A stretch of 61,019 nt of DNA. Source: Chrysochromulina tobinii. Taxonomy: Eukaryota. The position numbers and the translations under genes are program-made. Shown here in pieces: positions 46,755 through 58,833 of this stretch. Positions within the stretch are counted from its first letter, which is position 1. Each line of letters starts with the position of its first letter. Location: the NCBI GenBank assembly GCA_001275005.1, contig JWZX01002355.1, forward strand, positions 1-61,019. The letters run 5' to 3'. The notes beneath the pieces are model-generated. The model saw only the letters and a list, made by a program, of their open reading frames with translations. It searched no databases and was not told the origin of the DNA.

Positions 46755-47138
46755 ATGTCGTCGGCGGAAGATGCCGATACCGTCGCCTCGTTCCGACGCA
46801 TCTTCGCGTACCCATTCGACTGCGCTACGTTGCAGGAGGCGCACACGGCAGTGCGCACGGCCCACGTGTTCGATCAGCCAATTGTAAAAGACTATTCCCC
46901 AACTTACACAGCACCGTGCGTCCGGTCGAATCACGGCTCTTGCAGTGTGTGCAGGATCATGGCTGGCAGCGCTGCACGGCGACCCGCGAAGCCATGGATG
47001 CGTGCGTTGAGTCAGCTGAGCGGCGTAAATTCTTTGTCGAGTCCGAGTGTCGACGATGGAGACGACGCCATCAGACGTGCCTTCTTCAACACGGTGCCGA
47101 CTGTCAGGTACAACTCAGCACTCTGCTGGCATGCGTAA
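46755..47138 (+). CDS. Small hypothetical protein
   Basis: 127-aa ATG ORF divergent from the PsbP gene; no motif recognised. Confidence 0.35.
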   Translation: MSSAEDADTVASFRRIFAYPFDCATLQEAHTAVRTAHVFDQPIVKDYSPTYTAPCVRSNHGSCSVCRIMAGSAARRPAKPWMRALSQLSGVNSLSSPSVDDGDDAIRRAFFNTVPTVRYNSALCWHA

Positions 47139-47476
47139 GGTACGGACAAGTGTCGAGCGCGAGCACCAGCCTCGCGCGTGCCGGCACACGCGTCTTTTGT
47201 TGACCCGAAGCGCCACTGCGATGACCAAGCCGCTAATGTGTGCCTCCCCTCCCGTTTTGCTTGTGGACACCCGGAGCGCAGGGATGCCTGCGCACGGCAG
47301 CCACCGCCCACGCCGCTCCGTCCGCCGCCTCCGCTGCACGAGCCGACGTCGCCGTGATGCGGGAGAGAAATGTCTAAAAAATATGACGAAACGCCGTCTT
47401 GGGCTTTTTTTCCCATGCCGGGCGGTGCGAAACCGCTCTCTGTTGCGCTGGTCTCGCCACTCGCAGTGTCATCACG

Positions 47477-50109
47477 ATGCCAGCGTATGTACGTGTACAC
47501 GAAGAGCGCTGGAAAGCTCTGCCACCGGAGATCTCTGCGGCGCTGCAGGCTCGGCTAGCACCGTATCGGAGCGCCCCTTCCCTTTCCGCCGATGGACTGC
47601 TCGCGACCCGAAGCGGCAGCAGCAGCACCACCATTCCGGAGCGCATCGAGGTCTCCGCGCTCGCTGACACGCGGCCGCACGAGAATCGGCCTTTGAACCC
47701 ACCTGTGCGCCTGCTCGCCGCCGCCGCCGCTGCCGAGCGCGCCGAGCGCATGGGCGCCAACCAGCAGCAGCAGAGGCAGCAGCAGAAGGAGCAGAAGCAG
47801 CAGCCGAAGAAGGAGGAGGAGCAGCAGCTGCTGCGCTGGCAGCAGCGCTGGCAGCAGGAGCTCGGCGGCGCGCTCGCCGTGGAGTTGCCGCCGCCGCCGG
47901 AGCCGCCGCCGTCAGAGATCCCTGAGGAGTTTTGCGTGTACGACGCCCAGTTGACCGGCCAACAGCTGCCACTCGCTTCGTCCAAGGTGAAGATCTTCCC
48001 GACGACGAAGCCGTCGAACCGGTCGGAGGTGGTGCTGCTCGCGCGCTGCCTGGAGGCGATGCTCGCCCAGGCGGGCACGCGCACCGCGGACGCGCTGTGC
48101 GCATGGGACGTCACCTTTGGCGAGTTAGTGCGTCAGGTGTGCATGCACTGAGGTGGAACCGCTGATGGCCACTGATGTCCTCTGAGTGCCACTGATGACC
48201 GCGCTCTGGATGGCTCCCCCGCCAGGTCTTCATGCACTGCTCGGAGCGAGGCGAATTGCTTGGGCGCGTGCGGCGCGCGATGCGCCATTACCTGGGCGAA
48301 CTCGTCGGGCGAGTGCGTGCGATGGAGGCGGGTGCACGGGAGGTCGCCATCCGGGAGCTCGAGGCCGAGAATGCCGAGCTGCGCGAGAAGCTCGGGGAGA
48401 CCAAAACCTTGGCCACCCGCTCCAAGGTCTTCGGCCGGTTCCAGCGTGCGGTGGCTCAGGAGCGCTCTGAGCGTTTCTCGGTAGGCGCGCTGGCCGAGAG
48501 CAACGTCCCACGGGAGCTGAGCACCTCCTCAGAGGCATGTCTGCTCGCGTACAAGGCGTGCAGCGAGCAGGAGCAGCAAGGGTTCTGGCGCGACATGGTC
48601 AGCGCTACCCCGCCCAAGGATCGTGCGCCCCTGCTGCAGCTCGTCTTCAAGTCCTTCGCGGAGCCGAAGCGTGCGGAGCTGCTGCGCGGCCTGCACGCCG
48701 AGATGACGACCGAGTTGTCCACGCCGTGCGTGCAGGCGGTTGCTGATCGTCTACCGTTTGAGAGCCGGCTCGGGATCGTCGAGGGGCTCCTGCGCAACTT
48801 TTCGTCCTTCGAGACGCTGACTTTGGTCGAGTTCCTGCCATACGTGTGGGGTAGCCTTGCAGTCAACTACGCGGCCAAGCTGCTCGCTCTGCTCCAACCT
48901 TCCGATAGGTCGCAACTGGTGAAGGTGCTCATTTTGGAGGAGAAGGCGGCGCGTGAGGCCGAGGAGGCCAGCGCAGCCGTGGCCAAGCTCTCAGCGGCCG
49001 AGACGGAAGCGGCCAAGCGGCTCAGCCTCGCTGCCGACCCGACCGAGCTGCTGCCGAGTGAACTCGACCATTGGCGCAAGTTCGCGCCCTCGCCGCCGCC
49101 GCCGCCGCCCCCACCGAAGGAAGGCACGGAGCTCACCTCAGATGGGGCCAAGGATGCCAAAAAGGGCGGCGAGCCCGCTCTGAAGGAGCTCCTCCTACTG
49201 AGCGCCGAGTGCTTCGAAGTCGCCGCCTCCTATGCTGCGCGCAAGCTGGCACGGCGTGTCGGAGGCACTCAGTACGAGGACGCCGAGACGCCCGACCCCA
49301 GCTTTCCACAGATTGTGTTCAATGTGCTGCTGCGGCGCAACATCCCGCCGCCCAAGCCCGGGCTCCAGTCGACGCAGTGCGCGCGCGAGGCACTGTGGAC
49401 GCTGTTGACGGGTGCGCGACAATTCGGTAAGAGCCACCCGAGAGCGCGACTGCTCGCGCGCCTCTGTGGGGTGGTGAAGCATCCGTTCCACGCGCGTCGT
49501 GTCGGGCTGTGCATGCGTGTGCTTGTCGAGCTGCTCGGCGCGGAGCCCATTTTTGAGGACGAGATGTGGCTGCCGATGGCGCGTAGGGAAGATGCCCGGG
49601 GAGACGAAGCGCGCGACCTGCCGAAACTGATCCGCGAGCGCCTCGAGGTGGAGTTGGGTGGCAGCACGAGAGTCACTGCGCTGCTGCAGAGGCTCGAACG
49701 TGAGATCGTCGAGACGCCCAAAGAGAGGCAGTTGCTCGCGGCGAGGCACAAGGACGCGCCGTTTGCAATCCCGACGCAGATCATCCACGCCGACACGGCG
49801 CTGCTGCTGCTCTGCGATGCCTTCGACGCCGCTCGGATGGCACACGCGGCGCGGCTGGCCACACTGCACGAGCATCTCGAGGTGACGCGCGTGAGCGGCG
49901 GCCTCGACGCGCACACCTTCGCCACGTTGCTCCAGTCGTACGACCCGACGCTCGACCAGCGGCGCGCGCTCGACATTCTCGTCGAGTGCGAGCTCGGCCG
50001 CGAAGAAGGGGATGGACGAGGCGGACCCTTCCAAGGGATCCCGAGGCACGTTTTCGTGCGCGTGTGCGACGCGCACGACGTTCGCAAGGGCGGCAAGGCG
50101 GACGTGTAG
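47477..50109 (+). CDS. Axonemal dynein light chain (p28)-domain-containing protein (exons 47477-48136, 48226-50109)
   Basis: Spliced FGELVRQ|VFMHCSERGELLGRVR matches the p28 pattern ELIRQV..C.ERG.LL.RVR; upstream KPSNRSEVVLL. Confidence 0.75.
48137..48225 (+). other. GT-AG intron (89 nt) with CTGATGGCCA-type repeats
   Basis: CAG|GTGTGC...CCCGCCAG|GTC; removal restores the domain motif. Confidence 0.88.
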
Positions 50110-50634
50110 TGCCGCGTGCGCGCGTGGCCACACTCGACGGCAAGTGTATCGCTCTCGGCTTGTAATTGTGATATCCGATGCACTTAGTACCGACGCTCCG
50201 ACGGGGTAAAGGGTATCTACGTAGTCGAATCGCTCAGATAACCTAGTCGCCGTACCGGTATAGTAATTAATCATTCAGAACATGATCTCAGACGAGATGT
50301 GTGCGCAACGCTCGCCGCACGCGCCGGCGTCGTCGACGATCGGTTCTGTCTAGCCTAACGTTCGGTTTGTTTCGGTGTGCGTACTGGCTACTGCGGTGTC
50401 GCACGAGCGACGAGGCGGGACGCGGCACGCGGGTACACGGCTCCACGCGACGCCACAGTGTGTCAGTCGTTAATCTTGAATCCGTTCATGGTCGTGATGC
50501 CCACGAGGACTCACGCCCGGGCGCCGCGGGTCCAGGCCAAATAAACACGCGAAACATATCGAAACTATGCCGCTCGCAAAGAAGCCGCAATGCCCCCTCT
50601 TCGTAGGACCCGCAACAGGCCGACTGCTATGCGC

Positions 50635-52131
50635 TCACCCTACAGACTGCACCCGCCAGCCAGGAGCCAGCAGTGCGTGCCAATTGAGCATAAACTGCTG
50701 CACGTCGCGTCCTGACTGAGGGGAGAGGATCGTTCTCCACAGCTCTCGGGCGATGGCGGCATCGTCCACGGCCTCGAAGCCAGTCTGAAGCCATGCCTGC
50801 TCTACAGGCTGCGTGCGAAAAAAGGCTGGCACGGCAAAGCGCGTCCCTGAGAGCAGAGGAGAGACCTCGTGCATGTTCTCCCACCCAGACGAGAAGATGA
50901 GCGCGCTTCCGATGGACGGCGCCATCGGGCGGAGGGTGCGATCGGACTCTTCGGGAATGGTCGCCTCGGCAATGGTCGCCTCGGGAGTGGACTGCTCGGC
51001 TGCTGCTGGCGCCGCCTCGTCCTCGGACGCGCCGGTGATGGCGGTGCCCGTTCTCTGCGGATCATTGAATGCAAACGTGCCGCCGTGGAAATCTTCGGAA
51101 TGGGTGCTTAGGTAGAGGACGCACGAGTAGTGGAATTCTGCAAACGAGGACTCATCCGCATGCAGGCCGCCCTGCTTCTTCTCTTGCGCGCCAGCCAGGC
51201 AAGCGACGAAGGCCTGGGCGGGAACTACGGTGGCTAGAGGCAGCCCGTACTCATGAGCGATCGCGCGCCGCATCCGCTCGATCAGGCGCACAAAGACCAG
51301 GGTCGTGCGAAGGGAGCGAAAGGCGCACTTGGCGAGCTCAAAGTGGTGCAGAGGGGGTGTCATCGAGCTCTCGAGCAGCTCACGGAACGCCTCGCACTCG
51401 TGGGGGCTGGCAAAGAGAGGGAAGGCGACGCGGGAGCAAGCCTCGCCGCAGGCCCCTCCCTCGCACACGCGGCCAGGCTTGAGGGTCAGCTTGAGCAGCT
51501 CGTCGTTGAACAGCTCGGATCCGCATCCTTCGTCAGCAGGCTGCATGCAAGTCACATTGGTCACGACCTTCTCGCGGAGCAGTAGCTGCTCGAAATCCTG
51601 ATCGAATGCCTGGTGTAGCAGCCGTGGCACATCGTCCGAGAGGTCGACGGTCGAGTCGGGGGGGAGGAGTTCACGAGCCTCACAGAGCAGGATGGCAGCT
51701 TCGAAGGCATCGAGCTGTGGGGAGCCATTGTGCCCAGCTGGCGAGCCATGGTGCCCAGCTTCCTGCTGCTGGCTCCCTGTGCCAAACTTGGCCGCCCTTT
51801 GGGCTCGGCGCCCGGAAGCTTCTCGATTCTCGCGCTCCAGATCGCCGTGGTCGATCGCAGGCGCAGCCGGCAGGGCCGAAAGCGCCACCAATGCATCTTC
51901 TAAGCAGGTCTCTTGTTGTTCGAAGTGCGCCAGCAATGCTTCAGCCAAGCTTGCCTCAGCTGCATCAACGTCTGTCTCTGCGAGCTCGATCGCTTGTGAG
52001 GTAGTGACCGCACTCATGGGCTTAGGTGGTGGAACCTCTTTCTCCGTCTGGGGCTTTGCTCGAGACCGTTGCTGATGATGACGAACCCAGCCTTCGCGAG
52101 CCGAGCCACGCCCTTTTGACATGCCATCCAT
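50635..52131 (-). CDS. 2OG-Fe(II) dioxygenase, OGFOD3/prolyl-3-hydroxylase-like
   Basis: HAD...YSCVLYL...DFHGGTFAF and FSSGWENMHEV...GTRF. Start uncertain, as the ORF is open upstream through a signal-like stretch. Confidence 0.78.
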   Translation of the reverse strand: MDGMSKGRGSAREGWVRHHQQRSRAKPQTEKEVPPPKPMSAVTTSQAIELAETDVDAAEASLAEALLAHFEQQETCLEDALVALSALPAAPAIDHGDLERENREASGRRAQRAAKFGTGSQQQEAGHHGSPAGHNGSPQLDAFEAAILLCEARELLPPDSTVDLSDDVPRLLHQAFDQDFEQLLLREKVVTNVTCMQPADEGCGSELFNDELLKLTLKPGRVCEGGACGEACSRVAFPLFASPHECEAFRELLESSMTPPLHHFELAKCAFRSLRTTLVFVRLIERMRRAIAHEYGLPLATVVPAQAFVACLAGAQEKKQGGLHADESSFAEFHYSCVLYLSTHSEDFHGGTFAFNDPQRTGTAITGASEDEAAPAAAEQSTPEATIAEATIPEESDRTLRPMAPSIGSALIFSSGWENMHEVSPLLSGTRFAVPAFFRTQPVEQAWLQTGFEAVDDAAIARELWRTILSPQSGRDVQQFMLNWHALLAPGWRVQSVG

Positions 52132-52456
52132 CCTGACAGCACGATGCCTTGACCTGGTTATGGCATCGATCCTGCCATTAGCCACGAACGGTTGATGAAG
52201 CCCACAGACAAGAGGGGCCAGCAACGCCAGCCATCGTCCGCAAATCAACTTGACCTGGTCTAGTGGGAAGCGAACACGAGCCACACCTATCCGGATACGC
52301 GGAGTAGCGGGGAGGCCGATCACAAACAGCGAGATTGCCAATGATGGTAGGTTGCTTTTTTTTGGAGGTTTGGCACAACGCGACTTTTGTTCCACCAAGT
52401 CTAGACTCATCGGGGAGACACTTACTACTCTCATTGTCACTCTCCACAGGCTGCTA

Positions 52457-54150
52457 CTACTGATAGCCAAAGCCAAGGTGCTTGGAGCGCACCCAGCCGT
52501 TGATGGCATACTTGATGCCGCGCGCGGGCGGCACGCCCTCGTGCAGCGTGCGCTCGTCGGGCTCGCCATTGTCCAGCACGTCATTGAACACGAGCGCGGA
52601 GTACGCGGTGGGCGTCACAGAGATGTTCAGGCGCGGGAAGCCGGTCTCGCCTCCCTCGTCGACGTCGTTGAGGTAGATGAGGAAGGTGAAGTGCCGGTTG
52701 CCATTCATCCAGGTCTCGCACGCGTTGTAGTAGTCGTGATGCGGCTTGTAGAACTCGCCCGGATGGTAGCGCACCGCCTGCAATCAGAGGCAATCAGAGG
52801 CAATCAGAGGCAATCAGATGCAATCAGTGGCCATCCGTGGCAATCAGAGGCAATCAGAGGCCATCAGAGGCCATCGGCATGCAAGCGCACCTGAAGCGGC
52901 TCCAAGTTAGGCTCAGGGTAGCCACAGTAGAAAGCGATGCGATGGCGCACAGCACTCACCACCGGGTCGCCCGAGGCGAGAGTGGCTGAGTTGGAGGTGC
53001 GCTTGTCATCGGCGCCCGCGCGCGCGGTCGAGGAGCGATGGAAGTGAGGCCCCGCGAGCTCGATGAGCTTCTGCGCCTCGTACTCCGTCACGAAGTTGTG
53101 CAGCACACGCACTCGAGGTGACTCGGAGATCATCTGCACGCGCACCGGCCGCAAGTCGGCCTCAGAGGGCCGTCCAGCCGCGGAGGTGAGCTTGGCGGCC
53201 TTCGAGGGCAGCGCGGAGAGCGGTACGTCCGGGAGCTCGTCGTGCAGCACGCGCGGCGTGAGCCGCGCGTGCGCGGACGCGACGCGCGGGCAGCGCCGCC
53301 AGCGCCGCCGCCATGGCACTGGGTCAAGGTCGGCGCCGGTGTAGCGCTCGTCGACGGCGTCATCGTATGGAAGCATCGGTACGCCTTCGGCGGATCCCAG
53401 ACGCGGCTGGGAGGTCAGGTTCGGCAGCGCGCTCGGCGGCACGTTCGGGCACTGCGCCCCGAGTAACGCGTGCCGTAGGCCGATGTGGTGGCAGCGGCTC
53501 GGCCGGTGGCGCCTCACGCGCGCATCCATGTGTGGCGCGTGCTTCATCTTTGGGCGGGTGACCGTTTTGGAAGCAGAGGCTGGGTCGAGAATGGCACACG
53601 AGTATGGGCAGCGCTCGAGCATCACCTGCCCCGTCCAGATGTCGCGCGCCCGACACTCGCCGCGGCGCGCGGCGGCGGCGCACTTGTCTGCGTCGTCGCG
53701 GTCGCGCGCGAGCGGGCACTCGAACGAGCGCGCGCACGGCTTCGATTCAGGCGCCACGCCGCACGAGCGCAGCAGCTCGCACGAACGCCTGCACGAGGTG
53801 GCCATCCACTCCCGATTGGACTCGCACTCGCCGTCGGTCGCCCAGTAGAAGCAGTTGCCCTCGAGGTCCTCGGTGAGGTTGGCCTTGAGCGCGGTGTAGC
53901 ACGAGGCGCGGCAGCGCACGAGCGCGACGTCGGCATGGCAGCGGCCTTCCTTGACGAGCCGGCTGCACTCGGCCTGGTCGGCGGTGTCTCTCTCACTCAT
54001 CGAGCACGATTTGGCGCATTCCTTCTGCATGAACTTGGGATTTTTATCGCACTCGCCGATTTCGGCCCAGTGCGCGCAGTTGGCGTCGTTGTCTCGAGCG
54101 GCGCTCGCCGCGAAGACGAGCAGGATGAGCGCTGGCGGCACTAGCGCCAT
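52457..54150 (-). CDS. Secreted-pathway prolyl 4-hydroxylase with N-terminal ShKT domains (exons 54150-52891, 52777-52457)
   Basis: Signal peptide; CAHWAEIGECDKNPKFMQKECAKSC-type ShKT repeats; EPLQ|AVRY, HHDY, YLNDVDEGGETGFP, TLHEG and KYAINGW. Confidence 0.9.
52778..52890 (-). other. GT-AG intron (113 nt) made of about 9-10 CTGATTGCCT/CTGATGGCCW decamers
   Basis: CAG|GTGCGC...CTGATTGCAG|GCG. Confidence 0.9.
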
Positions 54151-54355
54151 GGCGAGGAGCCTAGCCTCCGTCGTCTTGCGGCAGGCGCAGTCGCCCGAGG
54201 AGCGGAAGAAGTTGGGAACCCCCCGCTCTTTGTGGGCCTTGTTATTTTGAGACGGACCTGTTTTTGTGTGGTCCTGTGAAACAAAAACTCAGACACACCT
54301 TCACATTCACACATACAACTTCACACCAGCTTGTGCTCCTTTCTTTTTCAAAACG

Positions 54356-54632
54356 ATGGAGCAGTGCGTCTCCGAGCCCGTCCTCTTCCAAACGCCTCTG
54401 GAGGCTCCGGACGAGTGGTACGACCTGACTAAGGACGAGCCTGCCTTCTCCATTGACGACGACTTCTTCGAGCGTGAGCATCCGCTACACGAACATCCGA
54501 ATGGTCCGCCGAAGCTCAAGTCTCTGCTCGAGGTGGACGCGGCTGCTGCCAAGGCCACCGACGAAGGTCCAAGCACCGTGATCGCGCCGTTCGCACCTGA
54601 GACATCTCAGCCAACTCCAAATCTACCGCCGA

Positions 54633-54678
<46 letters not shown>

Positions 54679-54809
54679 GCCACCGCCCTCCCGCGACTCG
54701 GCCTCGAGTGCACGCATTGCAGGCGCCAGCGCGCACTCGCACCGCAAGAGCGTAATGGTTATCGGCGGTGCATCCGCATTACTAAAGTCCGAATCCACCT
54801 CCAAACCTG

Positions 54810-54843
<34 letters not shown>

Positions 54844-56845
54844 CGGTCCCGGTAAGAAGCGCTCGATGGCCTGCGCGGGTGTGCAGCTGAGGACTCCTTC
54901 CGCTGACGTGGGCCCGAGAGCGCGACTGGGATGCGCAGCAGACAAAGAGACCGAGGCGTGGCTGGGTGAGTCGAACTCGAGCGGGCTGCTGGCTTCGCTG
55001 CAAGAGCATAACCGGCGCGTCGCGCTGGCGGCCGTTGATGCGGCGAAGGCTCGCGTGGCTGCTGTCAAGAAGGCAACCGTCAAGACGAACGACGCGCCGT
55101 CGAAGCCATCGGCTCCGATGGCGCCGGCGCCGCCCAAGGCTGCCGACACGGCGGCAAGGTCCCGAGCGGGTGCTGCCTGCCCTACGGTCTCCCTCTGCAC
55201 TCTGCCCACCTTCGCCGCCGCTGCTACTTCCGCCCAGTCCGCCCAGGCAGCCTCCGATGCCATCGCCGACACGCCTGTCGCCGCCACGCCCACTCCCGTC
55301 CAGTCTCCTCAAATGATGATGGCCCTGGCCACGCCCGTCGCTGCGCCATCTGCGGCGCCCGCGCCCTTTGGCGCCGGCGGCGATGCCGACTCATCCTGTG
55401 CGATCGACTCATCGCCTCCTGCGCGATCAATGGCCTCACTTCTCGACGCTGTGGCTTCATCTCCCCAGTTGGCACCGATGCCGGTCACCCCGGCCGCCGC
55501 AACGAGCTCCGGTGCGATCACGCCCAGCGCGGCCACGCCAGCCGTCAACACACCAGTTCCGGTGTCGGGCAGCCCGATGGACCTTACGTCGCCCTCCGTG
55601 GCGGTCGATGCGCTCGCGGCCTACGCGCCGCCGCCGTCGCCGCCACCGCTGCCGCTTCCGCCCGTTGCGACGGTGGACGAGCGAGAGGACGCAAAGGCAC
55701 GGGTGGCGCAGGCGAAAGCACGGCTTGCGAGCCTGGACGACGTCGACGAGCCGGGCGCGACCATTCGAGCGCCGTTACGGGCGCCGTTTCTCTCTCGCCC
55801 ACCCGTCGCACCTCCCACAGCGCCAGCCCCTCACGAGGGTGCTGCCGCGCCCAGGGCAACGCGCGCGCCACCAGCTGTTGCGTCTGCCGCGCTACCGCCA
55901 GCCCAGGCCACACGCTCCTTCCCGGCTACGTTCTATTGCCCAATCTCGTTTGCGATCATGCGCGACCCCGTGTACACGGTGGGAGGCGAAGTCTACGAGC
56001 GCGCCCCCATCGAGCGATGGCTGCGCACCCATGGGCAGGTGAGCCCGTTGACGGGTGCGCCACTTGGCGCATCGACTCTCGTGCCCAATGAGGCGCTCGC
56101 CATGCTGATCAGGCAGAGCGGCGCACTCGACGCCCCTGCAGCACCGCCACCGATGCCACCCGCGCCCCCGCCGATCTCGTTGCTCGCCGCACCGTCCCTG
56201 GCCGCCGCCGCGCGGCCGCCCTCCTCGGCTTCGTCAGTCTCGTCAGTCTCGTCAGTCTCGTCGACCGTCGCTGAGGGCGACGAGGCGCCGTCGCGGCCAC
56301 TGACGCAACGAGAGAAGCTTGCACTGTGGAAAGAGCAGAAGCAGAAGCAGAAGTCCTCTCCGGCGTCTGCTCCTGTTGCCGGTGCCGCCACTGCCGCTGC
56401 CGCACCCTTGGCAGCACGTTCGGGCGCTCTGGCGGGCACACCGAGCAGCACCGCCCTCGAGCCGCGCGCTGCCTCGGACCTCAATAGTCAGCGGACGCGC
56501 CCACAGGAGAAGAAGCCGCTACGTGAGCCGGTAGCCGCCAAGGCGCTCAAAGGCGTGGCGGCGGCAGCGCTGCCCGTCGGTGCGCCAGAGTCGACGGATG
56601 CAGTCACGGACCTGCTGCGTGCGCACAATGCGCGCGTGCGTAAGGAGATGGCACTCGCAGGCACACTCCCGACCTACGAGCCACGGACCGCGTCGGTGGC
56701 CGACATCCGGGCATGGGAGAAGCGAACGGGTCAGAAATTCGCCGACCTTAACTCCGACGAGCGATGGATGGCGCAGCAGGAGATCCTTGCGATCAACGCT
56801 CAGCTCGCGCTGCAGCAGGCGGCCAACGGAATAGCGACCTACTGA
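54356..56845 (+). CDS. U-box domain protein (putative E3 ligase) in low-complexity scaffold
   Basis: FYCPISFAIMRDPV...YERAPIERWL...SPLTG...LVPNEAL. Confidence 0.85.
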
Positions 56846-57186
56846 ACTTCGAAAAGCACCACCACCGAATGATCGGCGTGCGAATGGGTGGTCAGCGAGG
56901 TCACCCAGTGAGGTCACCCGCAATCGGTGGGTGCAGGGCAAGGTGGCAAGGGGCTCGCGCCGGACGCACCGGCATGCGCACCGGTTGCGATGCGGTCGAT
57001 TGTGGTGCGAACGGCGGTGCATACCTTTGCGTAGGCCATAGCTGGGGAAGGCGGCCGCCACGCGGGGCGAATACATATTTTATATTGTCTAAGTTCGCCG
57101 TTCTTACTTCTTTGAACCCGGTGCCATTAAAACAAAATTGAGAGTCTAAATTCCGGCCCCGCCCCCCACGCCCCAGCCGCTAAGCG

Positions 57187-58258
57187 CTATCGCGTGAGGT
57201 CGGGCGGCGCGTGGAAGTGCACCTCGAGCGGGTAGTGATCGGAGAGCGAATCGGTGCGCTCATCGTGCAGCAGCGAGGCGCGCAGCTCATCGCGCTGGCC
57301 GCCACAGCTACGCAGCAGCTGATCGTTGACAAGGCAGTAGTCGAGCCGGAGCGTCGCAAAGTGCATATGGTCGGCGTTGATGCTGGTGGGTACAGAGTGG
57401 CCGCTGCCAACGCCCACGTCCCGCAGAGGCGCGTCCAGCAGCACCTGCATCGGCGTGTAATCCACCGCCGCCTGGGAGCTGTCGAGGAACTTGCGACTCA
57501 ACTGCGGGGCGTACGGCCCCTTGCGGATGAGCGACGCGAGGTCCGCCTTGGCGTGCTCGGCGCGGTCGAGGGACGAGAGCGTGTTGAGGTCACCCACCAG
57601 CATGAACGGTTGCTGGTCGTCCGTACCCACGCGCCGCACAATCTCCCTCGCCTCGTCTGCGCGCCGGCGCACGTCGTGGGGATTGAGATGGGTCACGCAG
57701 AGGGCGAGGCCGAGCACGCGCGCGCAGAGCAGCCCGTGCGCGAACGTGTGCCCCGTGTCCGCGGCGATGAGCGAGAGCGGATGGCGAGATAGGATGCCCA
57801 GACGGTAGGGGCTCTTGGCCAGCAGCAGTGAGTGCGTGAAGCCGCAGCGCTTGCCCAGGCGCTCCAACGACGCCTCGTCGAAGCCGTTGAGTTCGTTGAG
57901 CGTGAGCACGTCGTACTGCCCGTCGCGCACAAAGTTGCAGATGCCCGTTAGGCGCGACCCGCCACCATCGAGAATGTTCCAGTGCAGCAGCCGCCGAGGC
58001 TGGCAGCTGCGCCCAGCGCCACCTCCGCCGCGTGGCCGGTCCACTGCCGTGGAGTTGGTCGGCCGCTTGTGCCGGTTGCGCTTTCGGAGCTTGCGCTTGG
58101 CCGTTGCTTCTGCATGCGGCATGGGCGCTGGCATCGCTGGGGGCGGCGGCGACGGCGGAGGCTTAGGCCAGAGATCCAAGGGCGGCGGCGGTGGAGGGAG
58201 GCGTGATTCAGATTCAAGTGCAAAGCTCGCAGAGACAGTACTGACCGCGAGAATTCCA

Positions 58259-58327
<69 letters not shown>

Positions 58328-58358
58328 ATACTGCTGCTGATACTGCTGCTGATGATGA

Positions 58359-58397
<39 letters not shown>

Positions 58398-58485
58398 CCA
58401 TATATTCGGTGATAATGCGGCGCACTGCTATGAGCGCGGCCACCAGCGCCGAGGCAGCGAGCAATCGGCGCCAAGCCGAGAGCAT
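57187..58485 (-). CDS. Endonuclease/exonuclease/phosphatase (EEP) family protein, type II membrane anchor
   Basis: HWNI, LNE, THL, GDLN, RLDY and SDHYP; N-terminal hydrophobic helix and poly-Ser stalk. Confidence 0.88.
58259..58393 (-). repeat. Coding (AGC)n microsatellite encoding poly-Ser
   Basis: About 45 triplets with ATC/AAC interruptions. Confidence 0.95.
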
Positions 58486-58656
58486 TTTCAGAGATTGCCC
58501 AAGACGACGTCCCGATCGGTATGGACGGTATGACGCCAACGTTCTGAACTTGCTTACGTGTACTCGCGTACAGTCTATCTCTGGTGGTGTGTATGGCTTG
58601 CAACAACTAGGTACAGAACGCCAATAGCCCTATGGCTGTTTCACTCGAGTTGCAAC

Positions 58657-58694
58657 AAGTCAAGTCAAGTCAAGTCAAATCCAATCCAATCAAA
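58657..58694 (+). repeat. (CAAGT)n/(CCAAT)n pentamer run in divergent intergenic region
   Basis: caagtcaagtcaagtcaagtcaaatccaatccaatc. Confidence 0.8.
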
Positions 58695-58833
58695 ATTTTG
58701 ATGTCGGTCGCACTTTATCACATCGTTTTCACGCCTGATCGACTCGCGTGACATGCAGCGTGAGGTTCGTTCCCAGCGATTCGAGTGCATGGGAAATTCG
58801 TCAGGCGAACCAGATTTCGTCGAGCTCCGAACC

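Noticed and set aside
52132..52584. Apparent overlap or fusion of the 649-aa ORF with the P4H 3' exon
   Set aside because: The extension has a non-ATG start in another frame of the P4H exon and crosses AT-rich intergenic-like DNA; probably a chance open frame.
52778..52890. Regular repeats suggesting a CRISPR-like array (also 41281-41326)
   Set aside because: Contiguous tandem units without unique spacers, eukaryotic context and no cas genes.
57187..58485. LINE retrotransposon APE endonuclease
   Set aside because: Stand-alone EEP with a membrane anchor; no reverse transcriptase ORF, poly(A) tail or TSD nearby.
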